Positions 39,890 to 53,146 of a DNA stretch of 63,880 bases are shown piece after piece (position 1 is the stretch's first letter; each line of letters begins with the position of its first letter). The translations under genes and the position numbers were made by a program. Source of the DNA: Eledone cirrhosa (lineage: Eukaryota); NCBI GenBank assembly GCA_964016885.1, contig OZ024755.1, forward strand, positions 31,620,001-31,683,880. Reading direction: 5' to 3'. The notes under the pieces were generated by a model. That model was not told where the DNA came from. It saw only the letters and a list, made by a program, of their open reading frames with translations, and ran no database searches.

Positions 39890-40205
39890 AGTTTCTGAAT
39901 TTGTTTAGCAAGATTCTTTATCTGAAAACGTGTGTTGAAACAAATATTGTTATATTTTGGGAGGGTCATGTTGCCAATAAGAAACACACGCACCAGTTGC
40001 TTTCACTCAAATTTATTATAAATTAAATTTATAAATTTAAAAAATTTGTAAATTTCCGGTTGGTTGGTTGGTTCCACAACCGGACGGTTGTTCATATATT
40101 GTCAAAGTTCTTTTGTCACACATTCTGTCACCCCTTCAGTGACTGGGGATTCTTTCTTTGTTTTGTGCCTCTCCTTTGTTCTGCCCTACGCCATCTTGTT
40201 TTTTT
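39890..40205 (-). mobile_element. Hammerhead element family gamma (degenerate ribozyme at about 40101-40143), between (TA)n runs
   Basis: Homologous to 59205-59495; core mutated to CTGAAGG/AAAA. Confidence 0.65.
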
Positions 40206-40235
40206 GTATATATATATATATATACATATATATGC

Positions 40236-40281
<46 letters not shown>

Positions 40282-40522
40282 GGCGGGTAGTGAAGATGTA
40301 TGTATATTTTCTTACTATGATAATTTGTAATATATTGTACATAGATCAATAATAGAATGGACATACGGGGAGCTACCCCCCAGAAACGATCGTAAAATAA
40401 TGAGTTTTACTATGAATTAACCGTTTTTTGTTTAATTTCATTGTTTTAATATATATATCATCATCATCATCATCATCATCATTTTACGTCCGCTTTTCCC
40501 TGCTTGCAAGATATATATATAT

Positions 40523-40951
<429 letters not shown>

Positions 40952-41049
40952 TGTATATATATATGTGTGTGTATCACGCCCACATGTATAAATATTATTT
41001 TAAAATATGTAAGCGTATAGTTTGAATGTCGAACTTACAAGTCTTAACT

Positions 41050-41310
41050 ATATACTAATACTACCACTACTACTAATATACTAATACTACCACTACTACT
41101 AATATACTAATACTACCAATATTACCAATACTACCAATACTACTAATGCTACCAATACTACCACAATACTAGTAATACTAAAATACTACCAATACTATCA
41201 ATAATACTAATACTACCAATACTACTAATATACTAATACTACCAATACTACTAATATACTAATGCTACTAATATTACCAATACTACCAATACTACTAATA
41301 CTATCATTAG
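41050..41310 (+). repeat. (TACTAA/TACCAA)n low-complexity repeat
   Basis: Direct reading. Confidence 0.85.
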
Positions 41311-41667
41311 TGCCAACAACAACACAATGCGGTGTAAATATATATACATACATATATGTATATAGACACACACACACACACACACACACACTTATATGAA
41401 CAGACAGGCACATATACGGATATACAGACACACATATATGTATATGCACACACACACACACACACATACATATATATACACAGACACATACATATATATA
41501 TATGAACAGACCTGCACACATGCAAATATATACACACACGTATATATATATATATGTACAGACACATATACACATATATATATATATGTACACACACACA
41601 CACACACACACTCACACACACAAGTAGATGTACTGACACACACACATATATATGAATATGTACACAT

Positions 41668-41718
<51 letters not shown>

Positions 41719-41767
41719 CACCCACACACATATATATGAATATGTGCACATACACATACACACACAC

Positions 41768-41816
<49 letters not shown>

Positions 41817-42095
41817 CACCCACACACAGATATATGTACACACACTCACATATGAACAGATGCACACATACATATGTGTACATGCACAATATAGCACCAT
41901 TACGGGGTCGATAAAATAAAGTACCAGTAATGCACTGGGATAATTGCTGGCCTTGTGCCAAAAGTAGAAACAATTATTATCTAGAGAATATCTTTCCATT
42001 TCAGCCCCATTGTTAGTATGAAATACTAACAACGTTAGTATTTAACAATGTTAGATGTTAAATTGAGACAGGAACCTTATGACAACACAAGTATT

Positions 42096-42512
42096 TTAAT
42101 CCTTTAGTGTTCAAACCGGCCAAAACCGGCCAGAATTCTCTACCTCTTTCTGTTGAAACTGGCTGTAACTGGTCACTCAAACTGATGTTAAGGTATTGTT
42201 CTCAAAATAAATACTCTCAAAATCTCATAGATTCGATATTATGTGAGATAAAACCTTTACCATTAAAATTTAATAGTATATATAAAATAATTGTTTCTAC
42301 CCTTGGCACAAGGCCAGCAACTATTCCAGTATACCACTGGTACTTTATTTTATCGACCCCATAAGGATGAAAGGCAAAGTTAACCTCAGCGGGATTTGAA
42401 CTCAGATCGTAAAGGGACGTAACTATGCTGGAAAGCATGTCCGACACTCTACCGATACTGCCAATTCACCGCCCTTAGTATATATAAAATAATGTGAATG
42501 CTAAAGGGTTAA
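42096..42512. mobile_element. MITE family P2 carrying a nested SINE-B
   Basis: TTAA-TCCTTTAG ... ATGCTAAAGGG-TTAA; SINE flanked by duplicated TAGTATATATAAAATAAT. Confidence 0.75.
42292..42476 (-). mobile_element. tRNA-derived SINE family B (Nin/Deu-domain-like core) with about 18-bp target-site duplication
   Basis: TGGCAGTATCGG A box, GAGTTCAAATCC B box, GCCTTTCATCCT..GGGGTCGATAAAATAAAGTACCAG core. Confidence 0.85.
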
Positions 42513-42544
42513 GTCTATTTTCCCTACTAAAGTACAGATTACCC

Positions 42545-42780
42545 TTATGTGTCACATAACAAGATTCTCCTATTTTTCCTTATTATCTGCACCCCTCTCA
42601 CCAAACCCCTGGCTTTTATTTCCTCCTCTATCATATTTAGCCATGTCTGTCTTGGTCTGCCTCTTTCTCTACTTCCTTCCACATTCATTTCCATCATTCC
42701 TCTCACCCAGTTACATTCATCCTTCTTCAACACATGACCTAACCATCTCATTTCATTTCTCTTCCAACCATCACTGACAA
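42545..42780 (-). mobile_element. RTE-like C-terminal fragment
   Basis: RWLGHVLKKDE...VEGSRERGRPRQTW. Confidence 0.65.
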
Positions 42781-42934
42781 TGATGATATGCTAATGTTAG
42801 AAATTATTCCTGCATTAAATCAAAGAAGCTAAACAAGATGGAAGGTTTAGTGAGTCTAGGTTGAATTCACCTTTCATCTTCCCTGAGTTAATAAAATATA
42901 GCAACAGTCAAGTACTAGATTTAAATAATAATAA

Positions 42935-43108
42935 TAATTGTTTCTACATTTGGCACAAGGACAGCAATTACCCAGTACAGTACTGGTACTTTATTTTATT
43001 GACCCTGTAAGGATGAAAGGCAAAGTTAACCTCGGCGGGATTTGAACTCAGAATGGCAAGGGCTGTAACTCTATGCATCAAAGTATGGTGTCTGACCCTC
43101 TACCGATC
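42935..43108 (-). mobile_element. SINE family B
   Basis: Homologous to 42292-42476. Confidence 0.8.
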
Positions 43109-43159
43109 AGAGAACTTGGGTCAGTTTGATGCAGTTTAGTTAGAAATCGATTAATACAA

Positions 43160-43343
43160 TAATTGTTTCTACTTTAGGTACAAGGCCAGCAATTATCCCA
43201 GTACATTACTGGTACTTTATTTTATCGACCCCGTAAGGATGGAAGGCAAAGTCAACCTCGGCGGGATTTGAACTCAGATCGTAAAGGGACGTAACTATGC
43301 TGGAAAGCATGGCGTCCGACCCTCTACCGATACTGCCAATCCA
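43160..43343 (-). mobile_element. SINE family B
   Basis: Flanked by an AATACAATAAT duplication. Confidence 0.85.
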
Positions 43344-43411
43344 ATACAATAATAATTTCTAACATGGTCAGAAATTTTGAAGGAGAAATGTAGAGTACAT
43401 CAAATTATTAT

Positions 43412-43598
43412 TGTGGATTGGCAGTATCGGTAGAGGGTCGGACGCCATGCTTCCCAGCATAGTTACGTCCCTTTATGATCTGAGTTCAAATCCCGCCGAG
43501 GTTGACTTTGCCTTTCATCCTTACGGGGTCGATAAAATAAAGTACCAGTAATGCACTGGGTAATTGCTGGCCTTGTGCCTATAATAGAAACAATTATT
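43412..43598 (+). mobile_element. SINE family B
   Basis: Near-identical inverted partner of 43160-43343. Confidence 0.85.
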
Positions 43599-43961
43599 AA
43601 ACAATAATAATAATTTGATGTACTCTACATTTCTCCTTCAAACTTTCTGGCCAGGTTAAAAATTATTATTTTATTAATTGATTTCTAACTAAACTGCATC
43701 AAACTAACCCAAGTTCTCTGCAAACAAAACTGTCTGCTTTAAACTGTTTAGATTTATCTTAAAACTCTCTGTCTTAATTTTATATAAGAAACTTTGTAAA
43801 GTTATCCTCCAAATAGAAGTTTAATAATGATAAAGTTTGTTATATTATTTAATCTTTCCAAATTGCTGAGTATTTTCAAAATTATTTGAAAGACATAGGC
43901 AGTGTTTTTCATTAGAAATATGGTAATGAAAGGATTAATCACATAGACAGTGTCTTTCATT

Positions 43962-44397
43962 AGCTCCGATGTCTGGCAACTGACTTGGTAAAACCCACAA
44001 AATTATTAACCATCTTGCCAACAACAACCCTCAGTACTTTTTTGAATTCCATGTGTCTAACACCAATGGACATGCCCACAAAGTCAGAAAACAACACACC
44101 TCCCATGACTTTCGGAAACATTTTTTCACGCTCAGAGTTGTTGAAGCTTGGAACAAATACCTGCATCAGTTGTTAGCTGTCGAAACACTGCATCCTTTAA
44201 AACCTCCATGCTTCCTTAAATTCACCAACACTATACCTGATATCCCCCCTCCATACACATACACATATGTATATCATGACTCATATACTGTTCATTTTCC
44301 TAACAGTTGAACATTATTCTATGTACTGTACATGCACCTTTGATGAGTTGGCGTGCACCTGAGCACTGTACACAATAATTTCATTATTATTATTATT
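43962..44397 (+). mobile_element. CR1/L2-type LINE 3' fragment
   Basis: Homologous to 5627-6065. Confidence 0.85.
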
Positions 44398-44483
44398 TTT
44401 ATGGATGCACTCTGAATATATATATATATATAGAAAAGATGAATATAAAATGAAATGCTTTTTTTAAAAAAGGAATTTATTAG

Positions 44484-44604
44484 GTATTGACATATGTTTC
44501 TGTAACAGACGGAATACCTATGTATCGCTGCTTGCGTAATCATATAATGTTAGCAAGTATTCGATAGCAAATGTATTATCAGTTGTCACTTCTTCAGAGA
44601 TATT
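44484..44604 (-). ncRNA. Hammerhead-like motif with about 90-nt extended helix II
   Basis: CTGAAGA-(A)GTGACA...TGTTAC(A)-GAAA-CATATGT-C; helix III ACATATGT palindromic, GUC triplet; helix I weak. Confidence 0.55.
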
Positions 44605-44613
44605 GGATAAATT

Positions 44614-44650
<37 letters not shown>

Positions 44651-44661
44651 TACATATCTAT

Positions 44662-44895
44662 CTAAGGCAGGTAAAATTCCCGAGATCCATGGACGAGTTC
44701 TCTCCAGCGGTCTCTGTCCCTCATTATCGCTGCCATGTCTTGCGTCTCCAACAGACCAGTGTCTGTCCTTAGGGCATCAACATACGTTAACCTTGGTCTT
44801 CCTCTTCTAGTGTGTCCACGTAGGGGCACCCAAAGGAGCAATGTCAACTCTGGATGTCGGTGAGCATGTCCAGCTAACCTCAGTCTCCTCTGTAT
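44662..44895 (-). mobile_element. RTE-like LINE 3' fragment (second family)
   Basis: RRLRLAGHAHRHPE...LLWVP..RRGRPRLTYVDALRTDTG..MRDRDRWR. Confidence 0.75.
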
Positions 44896-44914
44896 ATACA
44901 TATATATACATACA

Positions 44915-44965
<51 letters not shown>

Positions 44966-45081
44966 CAATGTAGTCAATACTCATCTTTTTCCATTTCTCC
45001 GAGGGTTCTTAACCCCACTATCAGGCTAAATAATTTCTTTAATTTCTTTAGTCAAAATACGGCGATAGCTAACATTTCTAA

Positions 45082-45143
<62 letters not shown>

Positions 45144-45419
45144 AGAATGAAACAAAATTCCATTTCTCACTCTTAGTACGGCACTTACTTAAATGTAAGT
45201 ATGTATGTATGTATACGTACATACATATATGTATATAGACGTACAATAGTATGTATATATATACATACATGCACACATATATATATGCACATATCGGTTT
45301 ACCTAACATTTATTATAATGCTTGGTTTGTTTGTTTGTAAACAATATATATATATATATATATACATATATATATTTACATATATATATACATATATATA
45401 TACATATATATATATATAT

Positions 45420-45522
<103 letters not shown>

Positions 45523-45527
45523 TATAT

Positions 45528-45559
<32 letters not shown>

Positions 45560-46175
45560 TCTCCACTCGTCACGGTCCTTCGTCATCTCCACCGTGAGCT
45601 TCAATGATCTGAGGTCTGTTCTCACCACCTCCGCCCATGTTTTTCGTGGTCTACCTCTACCACGTCTTCCTTCAACTGGCATTTCCTGGCACTTCTTCAC
45701 CCATCGGTCATCCTCCATGCGCATCACATGTCCATACCACCTCAGTCTCCTCTCCTGTACACTACATTCTATCCCTCTCAGACACAGTTTCTCTCTCAAC
45801 ACATTTATGCTGGGTCGTTGACGCACATTTACACTGCACATCCAATGGAGCATGCTTGCCTCATTTCTCTCCAGCCATCGCATATCCTCTGCAGTTGCTG
45901 CCCATGTCTCACTACCATGCAGCATCGCGCTTCTCACACAGGCATCATACAACCGGCCTTTCGTACCCAGGGAGAAACCCTTCTTCATCAACAGAGGAAG
46001 CAGCTCCCTAAACTTCTTCCAACCTATCCTTATTCTAAATACTATGGCCTCGGAACACCCTCCTCCCATGCTAATCTGATCTCCTAGGTACCGGAAGCTA
46101 TCCACCACTTCTATAGCGCCCTCCTGCATTTGAAAAATGTGTCTATCAATGCGACTTCTACTGTCTAATTTCCCT
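45528..46175 (-). mobile_element. RTE LINE C-terminal fragment with (GAT)n, in (TA)n
   Basis: [50 protein letters not shown]. Confidence 0.88.
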
Positions 46176-46203
46176 ATATATATATATTTCTATATATATA
46201 TAG

Positions 46204-46324
<121 letters not shown>

Positions 46325-46485
46325 ATGTAAATGTGGTTGGTGTTAGGAAGGGCATCCAGCCGTAGAAAACCCGCCAGACAGTGCTATGCGAGCAAGACAA
46401 CCACTCTTGCCTCAAGTGGGAAAACTCCAGTCCAAACCCATGCAAGCGTGGAAGATGGACGTTAAACGATGATGATGATGATGAT
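46325..46485 (+). mobile_element. RTE 3' terminus
   Basis: Matches the reverse complement of 21790-21950. Confidence 0.8.
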
Positions 46486-46543
46486 AAATTCTATGTACTA
46501 TATTGACGAGTTGTAGTGCACCTGAGCACTTTACACAATAATT

Positions 46544-46581
<38 letters not shown>

Positions 46582-46646
46582 ATGAAAAATTTGGGACCCA
46601 GACGGCTGAGCTTTTGCGATTTCAACAGCTAGATCGAAACGGATCT

Positions 46647-47365
46647 AATAATAATAATAATAATAATGGTTTCTTTATTGACCACAAGGGCTAACATGAA
46701 GAAAAACATTAGAGATGGCACAGAACAGTACAGGACGATACAAAGTGGGTTTTGGTCGTGTAAATAGGTTATAACAAAATCGGGCTAGAAATCAAAAAAA
46801 TTCAAACAAGCACCCTCTCTCACTTTTCCCACTCCTCAGTCTACAGGCGCATACTCAGAACAGGCCCGTTCACTCGGACCAGACTCGCCACTTTCACCCA
46901 CCTTTCAACAAGCTTACTAAAAGACAGCACTTGCCTCTCCACCCTGATTTTCCTCTTCAAGTGAAACTTAAAAAAGTTAATCAGGGATTGGGCGGAGAGT
47001 AAAGTGTCCGTCTTCAATCCTTTCAACCTTGTCCACCACACAATCTCTTTCGCCATGGCCACCAGGCAGATGAAAACTGCCTGCCCTTCCTCCTCTTTAA
47101 AAGAGGATGGCGGGGCTATCTGCACAATGGATTCAGTCGATAGCCGGTCCGTCCTACACGCGACAGCAGCTGTTTGACATAGCTCCACAAGTCAGCAATC
47201 CTCAGGCACTGAACGAGTACGTGCAGGACGGTTTCACCACCCTGCTCGCATCTCGGACAGGCTTGGCTGACAGCACCTCCGTGCCTGTAGAGCTTATCCT
47301 GAACCTGCAACACTCCCCGTAGCACTGCCAGGCCAGGGATTTCTGGAAGTTGTCCATAGGCCTCT
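46647..47365 (-). mobile_element. Tx1/L1-clade non-LTR retrotransposon 3' fragment
   Basis: CPRCEQGGETVLHVLVQC (CCHC zf-RVT), AMAKEIVWWTRL, LKRKIRVER..ERW; AATAAA and (ATT)n tail. Confidence 0.75.
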
Positions 47366-47499
47366 ATATACATGGGTTCGACAAGTCATTGTGGAAGCAA
47401 CCTGTCTTGGAGAGCAGTCACTGTGAATACAAACTGATATAGTTTCGAAAGGTCTCCTTATCATTGAGTCAGACAACCTTGTGTGGATGGTAAGATACA

Positions 47500-48270
47500 A
47501 TGTACCCAGTTCATACTATGAAGTGGTTGGTAGTAAGAAGGACATACAGGGCTAATGCTAATTATGTTAGTGCTGTGTATGATAAAGGGCCGACTGATAT
47601 AGCCATGTGGGATAACCCATCATCATCCACCAATTAATAGCCATATCAGTGCTGACATTTTCTAATGTGGACACTCTGAAAGATCTCCAGAAATTGTAGA
47701 GGAGATATGTATTGTATTGAAAATGGAGGAGGTGAGTCTCAGCCAAATAACTTAGTTATAATCTTTTCTGGGTTGGAAATAATGATGGGGAAGATGCAGT
47801 CGGCATTTTACTTGGCAAGAAGTGAATAGATAACTGAGGTAGAGTGACAGAATTATGAAGCTCAGAATAGCCATATGTATCACATCATCATCCTCATCAT
47901 CATCCATTTTCCATGCTAGCATGGGTTTGACAGGTTGTCCTATTGAGCCAAGTCGATATCAGATGATCATGTCTTGCTCATACAGAACTGTTTCTGGCTT
48001 GGTTTCTACAGCTGGATGCTCTTCCTAACACCAACCACATTTACAGTGTGGGCTGGGTACTTTTTGTTGTGACACCTATATAACCAGTTTACATTGTGGG
48101 CCAGGTGCTTTTTGTCGTGTTGCCACCATCACGACTGTTGCCATCAGATTCTGAACTAAATAGAGAACAAAAAGACCACTTGCAGATGACCTTGACAACA
48201 GAGGAGAGCAATTTTATCATTCAGGCTGGTGACTTCAGTGGTCATACTGGTCAACACAAGGATAGCTACT
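47500..48270 (+). mobile_element. Decayed RTE AP-endonuclease region, interrupted by a minus-strand LINE/SINE tail (47880-48135)
   Basis: LFWVGNNDGEDAVGILL, DRIMKLRI and FIIQAGDFSGHTG (GDFN-type motif). Confidence 0.6.
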
Positions 48271-48756
48271 TCGAAGTATTTTCCGTCTATTCTGGAGCTT
48301 GAAACCGCGGTAAAGGCACATATAGTAAGTACAGCAAATTTTTTAAAATTTATTTTAAAACTTTTTCTCTATTTGCGAGACCTTGATTTTATATAAAATA
48401 ATAATAATGAAATTATTGTGTAAAGTGCTCAGGTGCACTACAACTCGTCAATATAGTACATAGAATAATACACAAATGTCAGGGAAGTACATGTGTGTAT
48501 GTGTTAGCTGTTATGTTCTGGCTTGTTAATTTATTAACCCGCCATAGAACCACATTGGCATACGGTTGGATAATACTTGTTTCCCTATATGTATTTTTTA
48601 CACGTAGGAATTCATACTTTATTATAATATATATACATAGTTAACTATACAAGTTAACTATATATACATAGTTATATATACAAGTTAACTATACACACAC
48701 AGACACATAGTATTGGTGCTCTGAAATAACCATGTATACATGAATGTATGTATAGT

Positions 48757-49157
48757 ATCATCATCATCATCATCATCACCGTTTTACATCCGTTCTTCCA
48801 CGCTAGCATGGGTTAGACGGGTTGTTCTGTTGTGGGCAGTGTCTGGTCAGCTGACCATGCCTTGCTCATACAGGAACTGATTTGGCTTGATTTCTACAGC
48901 TGGATGCCCTTCCTAACACCAACCTCATTTACAGTGAGTGCTGGGTGCTTTTTTGCCGTGGCACATCCACGTCCACTTTGCAGTGGAATGATAGGGACCC
49001 AGTCCCTATCATCTCATTTCTACAGCTGAGTAAACTGGAGCAATGTGAAATAAAGTGTCTTGCTCAAGGAATCAACACATCACCCGGTCTGAGAATTGAA
49101 CTCACAACCTTTCGATTGCAAGGCCAATGCTCTAACCACTAAGCCATGTGCCTCCAT
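48757..49157 (-). mobile_element. SINE family A with the alternative, longer RTE tail
   Basis: Head and core as at 16826; tail matches 14890-15010. Confidence 0.88.
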
Positions 49158-49229
49158 ATAGCCATGTGCCTCCATATTAGCCATGTGCCTCCATGAAAAC
49201 ATAAAATAAATTTATAATATATATACATA

Positions 49230-49265
<36 letters not shown>

Positions 49266-50069
49266 TAAAGGTTGATTGACATATATATATAAATAAACAT
49301 ATCAAACATTAACAGGAGTTAATTTGTAAAGAATGTAATAAGACGCAGTTACAGCGGTGACAATTTTTAATGAATGCTCGGATTCATTCCTTGGAATCTA
49401 TCTTTGAGTTTCTTCTACAGGTGATATGGCGCCTATTTGTGATTTTCTCAGGCATGACATCTATAATTTTCTTATAATTTCATGTAGTTCTGATTAATTG
49501 ATTATTTATTTAATTCATTCATCGAGCAAAACTGGTAAAGGAGTGATATCACTCACATAAATGTGTTTATATTTATGTATATATATTATAAATTTATTTT
49601 ATGTATTCATGGAGGCGCATGGCTATTTTCTATAATTTGTCCTAACTCCTGTATGGTTGAGTAGAAATTAGGCTGAAACAGACTGCTCCTTCTAGCAACT
49701 CTGTTACTCGCCAACGGTCTACCTTTTACTACCCATCTGTTGACCATAAAACCACATGATAATTTCCCTTCTGAACAGTGCAACTGGTAGCGGTCAGTTC
49801 AGGGAATCTGTCCTACTCTGAGGGAGTCCCTTGAAAAGCCTCATAGCTTAGCTGCACTTTAACTGTGGTAGAGGCTACGAGGAAAAATTGGGTAAATTTT
49901 GTCTGTTTCTTCTTCACACTTATAGAAAGTTCTCCAGGAAATTAACCAGGAATCTTTAAAAATCTCCCCACTGAAGTAAACAAAGAACTTACTAGGTCTA
50001 CAAAACCAAATTGTAAAATCATAATATTATAAAATTAAATTGTTTAAAACTACAAGTAGTTCTTTTAAG

Positions 50070-50474
50070 AAATTTGCCTTCAATCAGTCCAACTTTCACC
50101 ACACATAATACATTGGGTACAACAAAAAGGAGGTCTTTGTGATGCATCTTTTTGTTGTTAGTATTTGTAATATGTTTTCCTAATTTAATTTTATTTCATG
50201 TATGCGTGTGTGTATATATATATATTTATTTTTATATATATATTATATATATATATTTATATTCATTTATATTTTTTTAAAAATATAAATTAATATAAAT
50301 ATATATTATATATAAATAAATATATATATATACACACACGCATACATGAAATAAAATAAAATTAGGAAAACATATTACAAATACTAACAACAAAAAGATG
50401 CATCGCAAAGACCTCCTTTTTGTTGTACCCAATGTAATATGTGTGGTGAAAGTTGGACTGATTGAGGGCAAATT
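50070..50474. repeat. About 400-bp palindrome centred on a TA-rich tract
   Basis: AATTTGCCTTCAATCAGTCC...TATGCGTGTGTG is mirrored by CACACACGCATA...GGACTGATTGAGGGCAAATT. Confidence 0.9.
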
Positions 50475-50633
50475 TATTATTCATTATCTCCGAGAGAAAG
50501 ATTAGCAAAACTTAATTCAAGGGAGATAACTGTGGATTGTTATTGAACGTGTAACAAAGTCACTCATTTCAGAATAACACTTAATACAGTAGCACAAATA
50601 AAATACATTTATATATACACATGTGTATATGTG

Positions 50634-50677
<44 letters not shown>

Positions 50678-51193
50678 CTATAACTTGTCTTATTTTACTT
50701 ACATTATTGACATTACATAACATTTATATCTATGCTATCATTACGTATCTATGTTTAACATAATGCATGCTACTAATAACACTCTGTATGTAAAAAGCTT
50801 GATATATTCACTTTCTGTCTTACTTTATGCATGCTATTATTAACATTCTGTATATTTTGCTTCATATATTCACTTGTAGCATTACCCTTATTATAACACA
50901 TTTCAATACTTTGATATCTTTTTACTCTAATATCATGTATTTGCTTGATATCATTTTGCACCTGTATTACCTTTATGCATACTATTATTAACTTTCTGTG
51001 TAATATGCTTATTATACTCACTTTAAGTAATAACCTCTTTACAACAGCTCCCAATATTTTGCTATCTGTTCACTATAATATCATTGTGTTACTCTTGCTT
51101 TTCAATATGATGTCACTGACACTGTTTATAATAATGTATCTTAATGAATGTTCTAAGAACTAGGAATGTAATTACTTGTTTAAACATTGTCTA

Positions 51194-51240
51194 TGCTCCG
51201 ATGATTCCAGACAATTATCTGGAAGAAACGATCTTCAGCA
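51194..51240 (+). ncRNA. Minimal hammerhead ribozyme motif (U4C variant)
   Basis: TGCT-CCGATGA-TTCCAGA/TCTGGAA-GAAA-CGATCTT-C-AGCA; perfect 7-bp helix II, near-palindromic helix III. Confidence 0.7.
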
Positions 51241-51284
51241 ATTAAATGCATTAAGCAAAAATTTGATTGTTTTATATTTTGTAT

Positions 51285-52540
51285 ATCATCATCATCATCA
51301 TCATTTTACATCTGCTTTTCCCTGCTTACAAGGGTGGGACGGGTCCTATTCAGCACAGCATCTCTCCACTTGTCACGGTCCTTCGTCATCTCCTCGGTGA
51401 GCTTCAGCGATCTGAGGTCCACTCTCACCACCTCCTCCCATGTTTTTCGTGGTCTTCCTCTACTGCGTCTTCCTTCCACGAGGATTTCTTGGTACTTCTT
51501 CACCCAGCGGTCATCCTCCATACACATCACATGTCCATACCATCACAGTCTTCTCTCCCGCACACCACAACTTATCCCTCTTATACCCAGTTTATCTCTC
51601 AACTCATCTATGCTTGGTTGTTCATTGTTCTGATGGATGTGCATTGCACATCCATCAGAGAATGCTAGCTTCATTTCTCTCCAGCCGTAGCATATCCTCC
51701 GCAGTTACTGCCCATGTCTCACTACCATGCAGCATCACGCATCTCACACAGGCATCATATAACCGGCCTTTTGTACGCAGGGAGAAACCCTTCCTTGTCA
51801 ACAGAGGAAGCAGCTCCCTAAACTTCTTCCAGCCTGTCCTTATTCTAGATACTATGGCCTTGGAACATGCTAATCTGATCACCTAGGTACCGGAAGCTAT
51901 CAACCACTTCTATAGAACCTACCTACATTTGAAAAATATGTCTATCAATGCCACTTCTACTGTCAAATTTCCCTGTACATCTACTGCGTATGTAGTTTTC
52001 CCTACCTGTTAGTTTGCCTGCTAACCCACTATATTTCTTGTGTACCCAAGATCTGCACTGTGTACATTATATAGAATTTATGCCAGCTCTTTATCTACAT
52101 GTCGAACATGGCCATTTCCCTGATGGAATCAGAGTTTTGTCCTCTTTTCTACTTATCAACACTTTTGTCTTAGCTAGGTTCACTCTCAGTCCTCTTGATA
52201 CCAACTGCTGTTTCCATAGCCAGAATTTATTCTCTAGCTCCTCTACTGATTCTGCTATAAGAACCAGATCGTCAGCATAGAGAAGTTCCCATGGACAGCC
52301 AGTCTTAAACTCCTCTATTATGGCTTGGAGGACTATAATGAACAAGAGCGGGCTGAGGACCGAACCTTGATGTACTCGTACTTGTATCTGGAATTCCTCA
52401 CTAAACTCCATTCCTACCCTGACTTTACTGATAGTACCTCTGTACAAAGTTTGCACTGTCCTCACAAGCCATTCCTCAACACCTAGTTTCCTTTGGGACC
52501 ACCAGATGACAGATCAGGGTACCCTATCAAAGGCCTTCAC
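51285..52540 (-). mobile_element. Decayed RTE LINE (RT C-half to 3' tail)
   Basis: [44 protein letters not shown] and a (GAT)n tail. Confidence 0.88.
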
Positions 52541-52641
52541 TTTTTCCCAATCTCATATATCCATCTTACTTTATTTTTTCATATGTTGATATAAAACTTC
52601 ACTGCTCACAAGTGTTTTTTAAGCTTCATATCATGTCTCCC

Positions 52642-52712
52642 TATTTTATCTGATGAGAACGCAGATATCATCCCATGATGATATTTGTTTTTGAAATGCG
52701 CATAATAAAATA
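52642..52712 (+). ncRNA. Type-I hammerhead ribozyme (family alpha)
   Basis: TATTTTAT-CTGATGA-16-bp helix II-GAAA-TGCGCAT-A-ATAAAATA; helix III ATGCGCAT palindromic; predicted cleavage after 52704. Confidence 0.88.
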
Positions 52713-52761
52713 CTTGGAACTCTTTTAACCATCTTTTCATCTTATATTATATATATATATA

Positions 52762-52827
52762 TATAGGAAAAGTGTCAGGAGCCCGATGGCTGAGCTCAGC
52801 TATCGGGCTCCTGACTCTTTTCCTATT
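52762..52827. repeat. Loopless palindrome of the hairpin-terminated repeat family
   Basis: ATAGGAAAAGTGTCAGGAGCCCGATGGCTGAG|CTCAGCTATCGGGCTCCTGACTCTTTTCCTAT. Confidence 0.8.
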
Positions 52828-52934
52828 ATCCATTCTACTACCCTAAGTACCGAGTTCTCTGGCGTGTTATGGTCCACCTGGTTCCTTACCACACTTTCTA
52901 TGATATATTTATATATTATTATTATTATATATAT

Positions 52935-53133
52935 AGGGCAGTGGATTGGCAGTATTGGGAGAGGGTCAGACGCCATGCTTTGATGTAAAGAGTTACAGCC
53001 CTTGCCATTCTGAGTTCAAATCCCGCCGAGGTTAACTTTGCCTTTCATCCTTACGGAGTCGATAAAAGAAAGTACCAGTAATGCACTGGGTAATTGCTGG
53101 CCTTGTGCCTAACGTAAAAACAATTATTATTAT
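52935..53133 (+). mobile_element. SINE family B
   Basis: A/B boxes, Nin/Deu-like core and (ATT)n tail. Confidence 0.85.
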
Positions 53134-53146
53134 TATATATATATAC

